Positions 46,831 through 57,006 of a stretch of DNA of 64,000 bases are shown here, piece by piece (the stretch's first letter is position 1; each line of letters starts with the position of its first letter). Below the pieces are notes generated by a model that was not told where the DNA came from, searched no databases, and saw only the letters and a program-made list of their open reading frames with translations. The position numbers and the translations under genes were made by a program. Source of the stretch: Eukaryota sp. TZLM1-RC. Lineage: Eukaryota; Protista; Metamonada: BaSk clade. Location of the stretch: NCBI GenBank assembly GCA_040285825.1, contig JAUPSS010000004.1:6601784-6665783 (forward strand), in the 5' to 3' direction.

Positions 46831-47351
46831 TTTGTGTAATTGATATTTCTATTTCTTTTAGTGGTTTTATAACGCAGTATACTAAAGTATCTTCCAACAT
46901 ATACCATCAAAAACAAGACATAGAATTATTGTCAATCACAAGAACTGCTTGGCAAATTATTTGGTAGCAAGGCTAAATTGAAGACGAATTTATAGTGTAT
47001 CTACATTCAAGTTGTTTCTTGTTTCCTTTCATTTGTTTTCACACAGGATCATAAAGCCACTGAGGACAGTGAGCTTGCCTTTAATACTTTTGTTCATGTA
47101 TTCGACAATAATTGAATGCTATGTGAAGGAGAAACAAGCGATCGATCCACTGAGAAAAACCCCAACAAATTTTACTTGCCATTAAAACAAATGTGATCTG
47201 TTTCAACTATCGTCAACTAAATCATAGTTTTTTAACCTATTCATAGACTAGGTATGTCAATCTTTCAATAGATTATGATTGTGATCCAAAAGTAACGCGG
47301 AAGAACATTGTAAGGATTGGAAATTCTTATATTGTTAAATTCAACACATAC

Positions 47352-47842
47352 ATGCTTCCCTCATATGAAGAAGATGCAGAACATCTACAATTTGGTACCC
47401 ATTTTTCATACCCCAATGCTATAGCGCTTTCAAATGTCGAGGTTTTAGCACTTACTACAAGTCGAGCAAATTTACAGGAAAAGATGCAAGAGGAGAACCC
47501 TTCTGCGTCATTTATCCCGCTGTATGTGATCAGCGCTCTTCCATCCATGTTCTTACTATAGATACTTCAACGAAGTACACTCATACGTAAACAAATTCAC
47601 AGATATTGATAGCAGCAAGCTTTCTCAATTGGAAAACCTCAAAAGGTTTGTCTTTTTAGTTTCTAATTCAAAGCACGCTGCTAAACAAAAAGTTTGACTC
47701 TTTTGAGATTGCAACACTTATAAACTTTCAACCTGAATCTCCACAAGAAGCGGAGGATCTCTTACCATCCTTGCGTCAGAGGTTTCAGCCCAGTGAGCTT
47801 GAAGTTGTGCTAAGAGAACTCAACGACATAATAGAAGGTTGA
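47352..47842 (+). CDS. RPB4: RNA polymerase II subunit RPB4; introns 47522-47561 (40 nt) and 47646-47673 (28 nt)
   Basis: EEDA..LQFG..F...ALSN.EV; spliced product gives Y.NKF and FEIATLINFQPES..EA..LLPSL. Confidence 0.85.
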
Positions 47843-48141
47843 CTGTAATTTAAAGTATTGACTCTTTGTAGTTGTCAATAAACTCAAAAGGTCGTTTATT
47901 TTGTTGTGATATCTTCACCTAAAATGAAGCAATCAACATGGAGAATACAAATTGGGTTGTTGACAACAATTCTTCAGGTTATAGTTAATTGAAAGCAAAT
48001 GCAGAAAATATTAAAGGAATAAAGTCTCTAAGTCAATCTCCTTTAAAATTAAGATCAATGATGACAATGAAAATCGTAGAGAATTTATTAAAGTTAATTT
48101 AAAATTTGCCATCCGAAAAATAAGGAAAAACAAAAAAAAGT

Positions 48142-49095
48142 CTAATCCAGAAATTCTGTCAGAAATGAGATAATCTCTGGCAAATAATGACCGAAACATT
48201 CATTACTTAAAACAATTCCACCAAACACATCCATCATTTCAGCTAAATGGCACACTTCGCTTCTTGTTGGAATAGGGTGATCAAACATATGTTCCAATAC
48301 CTCACCTGCCAATATAAATTTCTCAATGTTACCGGAATTAGATTGTGTAAAGTGCTTGAATTGTTTGAAATACTTGCCTAACTCTTTCAACCCCAACTGA
48401 CTTCCAAGGTCACCTCTACACAACCAGAGTTCATCACAAACGGGAAGAAGCGCAGAGAGGGTCTCCATCGAGAGAGGGAGTTCAATCTTGGCGGCAACGA
48501 AGTTATGACACATTGATTTCAAATAAATAATGTCCTCCAGACTTCGAGTAAAGGAGAGTGCATATGCTACAAAAGGGAAGTGACGAGTCTGTTCAACTAC
48601 TTTCCTATCCTTTTCAGTAAGCGTAACAACAGCAGGATGGGGAGAAAGATTGAGACCTTTACTCGGTTTGAGTACACCCCCACGTGTCACTTTGGCAGTC
48701 ATTGTAGAGGTGGAGAGTGAGATGAGGATCTTGCCATCATCTAAGGAAGCATTAGAAGAAGAATGTTGGGATAATGCGTCTATTTCTCTTTGATCAAGGA
48801 CAATGCAAGCATCTCCAGAATGAACAAAGTTATTGCTAGATACAAGGGGAACTGTGGTATTGGTGCGAAGTTCAATGGTGGGTTGTTTAGCCGAAACTCT
48901 GAGTTTGGGTCCTTGGAGATCAAGGAAAACTCGACGCAAGTTGGCCAACTTTGACATCTTAGTGACTGTTGAAACAACTTGATCGACTGAGCAATGTGAA
49001 ACATTGATTCTCAGGCAGGACACAGTGGGAGAATCTAGCGCTGTATTGTAGGGAACATCTCTAATAGTTCCAATAACTTGTTTAGTGTGAGTCAT
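48142..49095 (-). CDS. Pyruvate kinase-like protein (barrel + B domain only)
   Basis: RINVSH, DLQGPKLR, DDGKI, KGLNL, ALSF, AKIE, RGDLG, PTRSEV and LSNE. Confidence 0.85.
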   Translation of the reverse strand: MTHTKQVIGTIRDVPYNTALDSPTVSCLRINVSHCSVDQVVSTVTKMSKLANLRRVFLDLQGPKLRVSAKQPTIELRTNTTVPLVSSNNFVHSGDACIVLDQREIDALSQHSSSNASLDDGKILISLSTSTMTAKVTRGGVLKPSKGLNLSPHPAVVTLTEKDRKVVEQTRHFPFVAYALSFTRSLEDIIYLKSMCHNFVAAKIELPLSMETLSALLPVCDELWLCRGDLGSQLGLKELGKYFKQFKHFTQSNSGNIEKFILAGEVLEHMFDHPIPTRSEVCHLAEMMDVFGGIVLSNECFGHYLPEIISFLTEFLD

Positions 49096-49199
49096 CAAGT
49101 AAACAAAAAAATGAAATGGTTCATATTGATGTTTGAGATTTTAGTGATCAATGATCTAAATTTTAGACTCTGAAACGATTTCAGATCTCTCATCTATAA

Positions 49200-49580
49200 A
49201 CTCTCTTTCACCCCTTTTTGTCACTTTCCTGTCCTTATTCTTATCTGAATGAGACTCCCACGCATTGTGTGCTTTGTCTTTTTGCATTCTCCTTACCTGG
49301 CTCTCTTCGACCTATTGCTTTGTCGTTCTCCAATGATTTCGTTGAAATTGTAAAACAGCGTACATGAAGACTTTTTGATTCAGACTATTTGGAAGAACAG
49401 AATTGTATTTTCAATTTTTAAAGGTGATGTCCCCTTATTATCTTCTGCTGTATTATCTTATGGACGGTTCTATGGAAGAAAAAGTTCCAGCCGTTAGTTT
49501 TGGCTGATTTGAGATATGAACATTTAGAGCTTTTATTTTGTTGTGTAGTTATTTTGTAACATACAAAATTATTTGAAAAT
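49200..49580 (+). mobile_element. Decayed 3' fragment of CRE/RLE family 3
   Basis: Similar to 36560-36900 (DFVEIVKQRT, NRIVFSIFKG). Confidence 0.75.
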
Positions 49581-50136
49581 AAATTTCTTCATAATAACAA
49601 AATTTTTGCAAAAAGTACATCTTGTTTATTCCAAATTCATTCCAATCAGAATGGCCACTGTCAGTTTTAGAGAGATTGATGAATCTTGGGTTTCAAACAA
49701 TCATCAACACAAAATTTTAATTCTTCCTCTGGGGGTATTTTTTCATCTAATCTGACATAGCAAATAATGTACAAAACTAGGACGTCCATTCTAACTGTAT
49801 TTGTGGTTTGAGAGAGTGAGACAAATAATACAATTCTGTACCTAATAAGAAATATCAGGACACAATTGGCTCATGAACTTTCAGCTCTACATATCAACAT
49901 TTTAACCATCGATTCTAAATGTCCCGAAACCTGAAAATGTTATAAACTAATTTCCAACACAGAAAAAAAATCCCTACAAGGATAAATGAATTAAAATAAA
50001 TTGCAAAGAAAAATAGCTACAGACAAAAACCTCTCTTTATTGAAATGGTCTACGTCAACAAAATTGTATCTCATGATATGAACTGAAAGGTAGATAAAGA
50101 ATACTTGAACTAAAAATAACATGTGCTACAAAAGGT

Positions 50137-50535
50137 CTATTGGCTCTTGGTTTGTTGCTTCATGAGAGCCTTGACGATCTTTTGTTCTTCAGAAAGGAAA
50201 GCACGTAGAATGCGTCCTTTGACACAAGAGTGACATCTGGATCCACCATAAGCTCTGGAGACAGTTTTTTTGTTCTTGGCAAGGCGGGAGTATTCTCTGG
50301 GTCTTAAAGCAGGGATCTGGGGTGAACATCAAAAATCAAAACATACACCATGAAGAGCACATCCACAATCACCGCATTTGGGGGTGGTACCCTTTTTCTT
50401 CATGTATTGGACAACAAGTTTGCCGCCAGGAGTCTTAACGCTTCAATCAGAGAATGGTGTGACATACACTCTGGTCTTGTTGGAAGCAGTGTTGTAGGAG
50501 CATCTACGGCGGTAAGTGACACGGGTATCTTGCAT
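50137..50535 (-). CDS. RPL34: 60S ribosomal protein L34 (eL34); introns 50441-50467 (27 nt) and 50317-50346 (30 nt)
   Basis: Spliced product [72 protein letters not shown]. Confidence 0.96.
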
Positions 50536-50837
50536 TGCGGAACCGAGAAAGAAAAGGGACCTTTCACTTATTCCTCATCACAAACATCCATATTTCTCTC
50601 GTCCATGTTCCATAGACTTTATTGCACTCTGGACATGCTGCATTCATATGATACAGGACGTTTTCCTTACGTGATCAGATTTTGATGGTTTCTTGTTCAT
50701 CTCACTCTTCTAGGTGTTAGCATTCCACATATTCTGTCCTCGAAGCTACTCAAGTTACACATTGTATCTCTTTTTGGAAAAAACATATACGATTGGAATT
50801 TTTATTAAATAATGTGCATTAAGTTGTATTGATAATC

Positions 50838-52367
50838 CTATATTGAAAAGAAATGATGTTCCAACTGCTCTTTAAGCTGTACAACTTCCACATTTGCTGA
50901 TTCTACTGAATCAAAGCATGCAAGAGCCTTTTGTACATAGTCATTAGCAGATTGAAAATCACCAAGTTTGCTGTACAGACAAGCACATGCATAATATGGT
51001 TCAAATGTCATTGGACTTTGAGAACAAACATGTCGCAATGTAGATCTTGCTTCATCTAACTGGTCCCTCTTCATTTCAAGATATGCCAAATTGGTAAGTG
51101 CTTCAACATGATTTAGGTCGAGTGAAAGACAAATTTTGAGAGACTGATAGGCTAAATTCAAGTCGCCAACACCTATGGCAATGTGACTAATATTATACCA
51201 AATCTCAGCCAAAAGTGTATCGTCTGCTTGGCTGTTGACGGCACGTAGACAGCAATTAATAGAAATATCGTACTGGCCGGAATAAAATGCAGATAACCCG
51301 ATATTATTCCACAGTTCTGGGCTCACCACTCCCATACATAAAAGCCGTCTATACAATCGAAGAGCAGTTTCTGGTTGATCTTGATAGAATGCATGAACAG
51401 CTAAAGATGCAGTGGCTTCTACATTTGAGGGATCATGTCTTAAAACTGTCTTGAACATTTCCATTGCCTCATCAGTGTTGTTCAGCAATTCATGGATGCG
51501 AGATATTTGTATCATTAGGGATGTACATTTAGGGTGTCTGTCTAGAGCTCTGGATAGCAAACTAAGAGCGGTGTTGGGAAGATCCAATTTGATGTAAACA
51601 AGTGAAAACTCCAATACTACATTAACTGAATCATAAGTTTCTAAACTTTTCTGGAACCAAGACTCAGACTCTTTGTAGAGTCCTAGTTTATAATAACACT
51701 TTGCAATTTTATGAAAGTAAAACCAATCATTTACACTATTTTTCTTGGTTAAAACAGTGCCCAACTCAAGAGCTCTTTTTGGTAATTGTTCCACCACTAA
51801 TAAATAATCAATCAAAATTTTAGCAAGTGATGGTTGATTGAGGTACTTTTCATACTGTATGTGCTCAGTATCAACGAACTGACCTGCTGCGAAAACAGAA
51901 GCTGTTCCCAAACGTACAAGTCTTCCTGCTTGGGTAACTGGCTTGGATGTACCTGGACGAGAGGTGAGAGCTTGTTTGGCAGTGAAACCGCGAATCACAG
52001 AACCTCCTTTTGTAGTTGGTCTAGATGTACCAGGACGTACGACCCCTGTGATGGGTCTACCAGAAGAAGTCATGGGTTTATCGCCCGCACGTGAAGTTTT
52101 GGACGTCATAGGTCGAGCAAAAGAAGTACCAGGTCTAGGGGCATCCGACGTAGAATTTGAATCTAACAAGAGGTCCGCCATGCCTTCATCATCCATGTCA
52201 ATATCATCTAAGTAGTTCTTGCTACTTAAAGCTTTACATTTTAGAAACCACGCTGCTTGATCTCTAGGATTTTGTTGAAGAAGATTTGTACAATTAGTGA
52301 TACATGCATCATAATCCTGAATGCGATAGTGATAATTGGCAAGATACAGAGGGTCTAAGGTCTGCAT
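50838..52367 (-). CDS. BBS8: BBSome subunit BBS8/TTC8
   Basis: NPRDQAAWFLKC, PRPGTSF.RP, SGRP.TG..RPGT, GR.VRLGTAS, TPR repeats and DQPE.ALR.YRRLL.MG. Confidence 0.95.
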   Translation of the reverse strand: MQTLDPLYLANYHYRIQDYDACITNCTNLLQQNPRDQAAWFLKCKALSSKNYLDDIDMDDEGMADLLLDSNSTSDAPRPGTSFARPMTSKTSRAGDKPMTSSGRPITGVVRPGTSRPTTKGGSVIRGFTAKQALTSRPGTSKPVTQAGRLVRLGTASVFAAGQFVDTEHIQYEKYLNQPSLAKILIDYLLVVEQLPKRALELGTVLTKKNSVNDWFYFHKIAKCYYKLGLYKESESWFQKSLETYDSVNVVLEFSLVYIKLDLPNTALSLLSRALDRHPKCTSLMIQISRIHELLNNTDEAMEMFKTVLRHDPSNVEATASLAVHAFYQDQPETALRLYRRLLCMGVVSPELWNNIGLSAFYSGQYDISINCCLRAVNSQADDTLLAEIWYNISHIAIGVGDLNLAYQSLKICLSLDLNHVEALTNLAYLEMKRDQLDEARSTLRHVCSQSPMTFEPYYACACLYSKLGDFQSANDYVQKALACFDSVESANVEVVQLKEQLEHHFFSI

Positions 52368-52456
52368 TATTATAAAATGTTGTAGGCGAAGAGAGTAAAA
52401 CCGTTTAAATTAATGAATCATTGTTAATATTCGCCTGTTTTGTCGAAACATCTGCA

Positions 52457-54157
52457 ATGCCGTCATTGTTCAACTACGAAGACCCTCCTGCACTGCTCTG
52501 CTGTAATGTTTGCTCTACACCTCCAATAACTCCTATCATGACACAATGTGGCTATCTACTGTGCAAAACCTGTAATGGATCAAACTGTCCAGTGTGTGAA
52601 ACAGAACATGACTCTACTGCTTCCCTTCCACAATTCATTCAGAATGCACTTGATTCATTGCCTATGAAATGCAATATTTGCAACACACAGTTTTTACGCC
52701 ACTCTCTACTTGAGCATCTTTCCCAGTGTGAAGACAACCTCTCCTTCAGCCGTTCAAAATGGTCTGTCTCAGTCCCAGACAATGATACCATTACCCAAGC
52801 CGATCTGGATAACCTTTACGAACGACTTACTGTGTACATTGACAATGCTCTCTCCAATCACAAACCCTCCCTCCCCTTACAACCCTTACAACCGACAGAC
52901 TCCCACCATTCATTCTCCTCTCCTCAAGTCGTTTATGAAGACAGTGAAGCATCAGAAGTTGATGTTTATGAAGAACCGTGTGAACCTCTCTCCACGTTAC
53001 CTCGAGAAATTGATGTCTTTGTCTCTGTTGCTGATGAGAAACCACTGATCAAATGTAGGGTTAACAACACATCATCAGTTGCCGACCTCAAGCTAATGCT
53101 TGCCCAACACACTGGTGTCAGTCCACAAAGCCAATCACTGTTTTTCAGAGAAGTTCCCTTGGAGGATGACAAGGATTTGGTGAGTTATGACATTGACGAT
53201 GATTCAGCATTGTTTATGGATACGTTGGTTAGAGTGATGGTGTCTTCTGAGGGGGAAATGTTTAGTAGTTTCCCGCTTGATCTGTATTCTTCCCTCAGAA
53301 TTGATGATTTTAAAGCTAAAATAACTGAAATTACTGGAATTTCTGAATGCTCGGTTTACTCAATTTTTGGAAGAGAGCGAGTAGAGCTCAGAGGTCATGA
53401 AACAATTGATGTTCTAGCTGGTCAAGAGCTTCCACACGTGATAGTAGATCAAAAATCGTCTGACTCGAGAAGAATCAAGGTCAGAACAACTACAGGAAGT
53501 CGCCAGATTTCTTTGGAAGTTTTTGGTAGCGACACAGTTGTCAATATTAAAGAAATGATTGAAGAATTCCTTTTCACTCCTATTGAACGGCAACTTTTAC
53601 TTCATAATGGGGTGCAGTTAGACAATAGCATTACCGTTGAAGAAGTAGGTCTCTCTGAAGGGGATTTTGTTTTTATGGTGTTGAAATCTAGGCCCAAAAG
53701 GTCAAGAAAAATGGTCAAAATTAAAGTTGTTTCTCAAGAAACTGATGATGAGTTTGCCGTTGACGTTTCAAGACTTTTAACTATTTCTGACCTCAAGATC
53801 AAAATGTTTGAATTATCAGGAATTCCTGTCGAGTCTCAATCATTTGTCAAGAATGGTCATCGCATTTCTGACACTGCTGACGTTTCTACTTTCCTCAATG
53901 ATTGCTTGTATTTGGTTGAAATTGTCCCCATTACATTAACAATTGAATTACTTAGTGGGAGGATTTTGAATATGGAGATTACCAAAGGGCAAACTATTGG
54001 TACATTTAAAGAACAACTTTCAACCCATGAAGGGATTCCTGTACATTATTTGATTCTTCAAGATTCTGAAGGAAATTTAATCAATAATGATTGTCTTGTT
54101 GATGATTTTGAAGGTCATCTATTGTTTCAAAAGTTAGTTGAGTGTAATGATTTTTGA
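52457..54157 (+). CDS. RING/TRAF-like zinc finger protein with multiple ubiquitin-like domains
   Basis: CxxC..CG..LC..C..CPVC and CxxC..L.EH..QC, then about 5 UBL repeats (e.g. G.SPQSQ.L.F....LEDDK.L..YDI). Confidence 0.8.
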   Translation: MPSLFNYEDPPALLCCNVCSTPPITPIMTQCGYLLCKTCNGSNCPVCETEHDSTASLPQFIQNALDSLPMKCNICNTQFLRHSLLEHLSQCEDNLSFSRSKWSVSVPDNDTITQADLDNLYERLTVYIDNALSNHKPSLPLQPLQPTDSHHSFSSPQVVYEDSEASEVDVYEEPCEPLSTLPREIDVFVSVADEKPLIKCRVNNTSSVADLKLMLAQHTGVSPQSQSLFFREVPLEDDKDLVSYDIDDDSALFMDTLVRVMVSSEGEMFSSFPLDLYSSLRIDDFKAKITEITGISECSVYSIFGRERVELRGHETIDVLAGQELPHVIVDQKSSDSRRIKVRTTTGSRQISLEVFGSDTVVNIKEMIEEFLFTPIERQLLLHNGVQLDNSITVEEVGLSEGDFVFMVLKSRPKRSRKMVKIKVVSQETDDEFAVDVSRLLTISDLKIKMFELSGIPVESQSFVKNGHRISDTADVSTFLNDCLYLVEIVPITLTIELLSGRILNMEITKGQTIGTFKEQLSTHEGIPVHYLILQDSEGNLINNDCLVDDFEGHLLFQKLVECNDF

Positions 54158-54735
54158 ATTTTTTGTAAATAATTTTTGTATAGTTTTGTTCTTGTATATT
54201 CTGACAAGGCATGATTCTCTGCTTGCCATACAATCAAAATAATGCTCAAAACTTTTTTTAACAGATCTGGAAGGATTAGTTCACTTACATCAACATTTGG
54301 GAAATTCTTAAAGTGTTCATCAGAGCTGCTTGTTACATGTCTTGTTCTTGCACTCTTTTGGACTCTCTCTCTTCTTCCTTACAATATGGCTTGAATTCAT
54401 TTTGGTTTTTTTGTGGAGTGCATACTAGTATCTGTGACTTTAAGTTCGTTTGAATAAAAAAAGGTTTTATCAAAAAAATCTAACTTTGGGCCTTTGGAGG
54501 ATAACTGAAATTCTATACTATGCTATAGATAATAGTTCTAAATAATTATTAAATAATAATAATAATAATTAATAAAAATTATTAATAAAATAATAATATT
54601 AAATAAAATACACAAAGAGCAATAAGAAAGGTCTTAATTGAATCAAAACTTTTGTAATTTCATTTTTTAAAATTATCTATCGACATGGTAATTGCTGTAA
54701 CCGAATCTCGATTGTAAAAGATGAAGTAGAGCTGG

Positions 54736-55964
54736 ATGACGAAACAAACCAAAGAAAAAAGCACAAAAAAGAAGACATTCATAACATTGACCCCTTATCT
54801 TTTACGAAATTTTTCACTTGGTTTTCTCAAATATCGGAAGGACACAAAGAGGCGGCAAGATGAATACTTCTTCAACGTTGATGGAGAAAGTTATAGGGAA
54901 AGTTGGAAAAAATTTTCTGATTCTCAAATGAGAAATCAACCAAAATCAACCAATTTAGATGAATTTTGTGGGTATATTAATGCGAAAGAAATTTTTAGAT
55001 TGAAATCTTGGAATTTATTTCACCAAATACAATATCGAAAAGAAAGGTTCTCCCAACACAAGGGAAAATAAAAAGGTGACAAAAAGTTGATTCGTGAAAT
55101 TAAACAAAAGTTTGGCAAACCTGGTGATTGTATTATAGTCATTGGTGATTGGAGTAAAGAGTCTGGATTAAAAAGAAAAGGAAAGTATCCATCTAAAGGT
55201 ACAAGTATAAGAAAAGTATTGAGACAAGCCGGATACCTTATATATTTAGTCAACGAGGCATTTACTTCAAAAAGATGCCATAATTGTGCTCGAAAGGGTA
55301 CAATTGGAGAAAACACGAAAACTTCCTACAAATACGATGATCCCAACTTTACCAAAAACGGAACTCAATTGACGGGATATTCATGTCAGAAAGAAAAAAA
55401 TGGAATTTAAAGACAGATTCAAATAATGCAAAAAAAGTAAAAAAGAAAGTAAAAAGTAAAAGAAAAGTTGAAAGAAGCAATGATAAGGGTAGAAACAATC
55501 CCTGAAAGTTGGTTATGAGTAAGGCAGATATGAGTAAGAGTAAACAAGGAAGTCTAGCAATTAGAGAATTAGTTGAAGAATTGAAAAATACCACCGACAA
55601 GAGAATGAGAAAACGTATTTCAAAGCTTTTGGAAAAGGATGAATTGGGCAACTATAAAGTCCGACAAGTAGTTCCATGGGGTTTGAGCCAATGTAATCAA
55701 TTCAAAACGTTCTGGAATCGAGATACTAATGCTGCACTAAATATTCATTTGTTGGCTGAAGACATTTTGGCTGGAAGAGAGAGATCAGAGGTGTTCAAGA
55801 GACAGCAGTCTCAAACCAATGTTATTGAACCCACTGATGAAAGCCAGAAAGATGTTGATAAGGATTGTGAAGGTGATGGTGCACCAATGAGTACGATCCA
55901 ACAACCAAACCTCAGTACATTATCACGAGTAGCGAATGCGAAAGTTGTTATAGTTTTGAACTAA
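54736..55964 (+). pseudogene. Fanzor family D (related to C), decayed C-terminal half
   Basis: FGKPGDCIIVIGDWS, LVNEAFTSKRCHNC, a long Lys-rich insert, PWGLSQCNQF..WNRDTNAALNI and R.EVFKR. Confidence 0.85.
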
Positions 55965-56269
55965 AGAAGAAATTATTATTTTTTAGAACTGAGAGTCCTC
56001 ATAAGTAAGATCTGAGTCTGGGTGTACAAACTTCTTCTCCCTTTTTGCTGTTTCGATATAATCTTGTTGTAAAAGTGCATTCAGTTTTGAAACTAACTGA
56101 AGGTTATCAGCGATGTTAGTGAGATTGAAGTACAGTAATCTTGAACTGTTGTGCAAGATGTGTTTACCGCCTTTAATCCCGTAATAAACTACATTGATGC
56201 GCGCTTGAACATCAAGTGTAAAAGTGGGAAATTGTTGGGAAATTGTTGGGAATATGCATTTTGAGTGAG

Positions 56270-56859
56270 ATGCATTTTGTTATCGAATTCTCCAGTTTCT
56301 ACAATAGTTGATGGTATACAAAATTCAAGCCAAATTATATTCAATTGATGTTATTCGTCATTTGGATTCGTTTTTAGGAAATAATGATGAAATTACCAAA
56401 AAATTGTTTGAAAATTTGAACTCAATTTCCGATAAAATTGACCGAATGATGACTTTAGATATACAGAAACATATCAAATTTACCATTATAAGACTGTGTT
56501 TTAGTTCCAACTTCAATCAGATATTTCGATCAAATCCTCTTGTCGCTAGGTCTTTGGCTCAGAGTTTTAATGAGTTAAGTGCAAAAGTTTTGTCACAATT
56601 ACTGGGATGTAAAATGTTCCAAATTCCAGATCATGCTTATCTTAGTCCACATTATGGCGGTTTAGGTTGGACGAAGGCTTCTATTCTTATTTCGTGTGCT
56701 TTTATCGGTGGAAGCAGAAATGCAATCTTTCAGTTTTCCGAAGGATTTGCAGATTAGGAAGATTTATTGATGACAACGCAAAGTTCAACTAGTTGTGCAA
56801 TAAATGAGGAAAATTCAAAAATCGATTTAGAACAATTGACTCGATGCTTTCCCCAATCA
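56270..56859 (+). mobile_element. Divergent CRE-like retrotransposon fragment, interrupted by the Gypsy LTR
   Basis: KHIKF.IIRLCF, HYGGLGWTKAS.L..AFIGG..N; homologous to 25700-26100. Confidence 0.75.
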
Positions 56860-57006
56860 TGATGGTCTTTGCTCGTTAGATTGCGACATACAATGTAAAT
56901 GTAATGAAATTTATTACGAAGAGGAATTGTATTCTCTCTTTTTATACTATAAGGCGGATACTAAATAAACTAAACTACTAGCTATAAATACTATTCAAGA
57001 CTAACA
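56860..57006 (-). repeat. 3' LTR (147 bp) preceded by a polypurine tract
   Basis: Minus strand GAAAGAGAGGAAAAGGCAG|TGTTAG...ACCATCA. Confidence 0.75.

Noticed and set aside
50350-50685. 111-aa plus-strand ORF and similar short ORFs overlapping long genes
   Set aside because: Antisense or shadow frames (here of RPL34)
54535-54610. AAT-rich tract
   Set aside because: Simple low-complexity sequence
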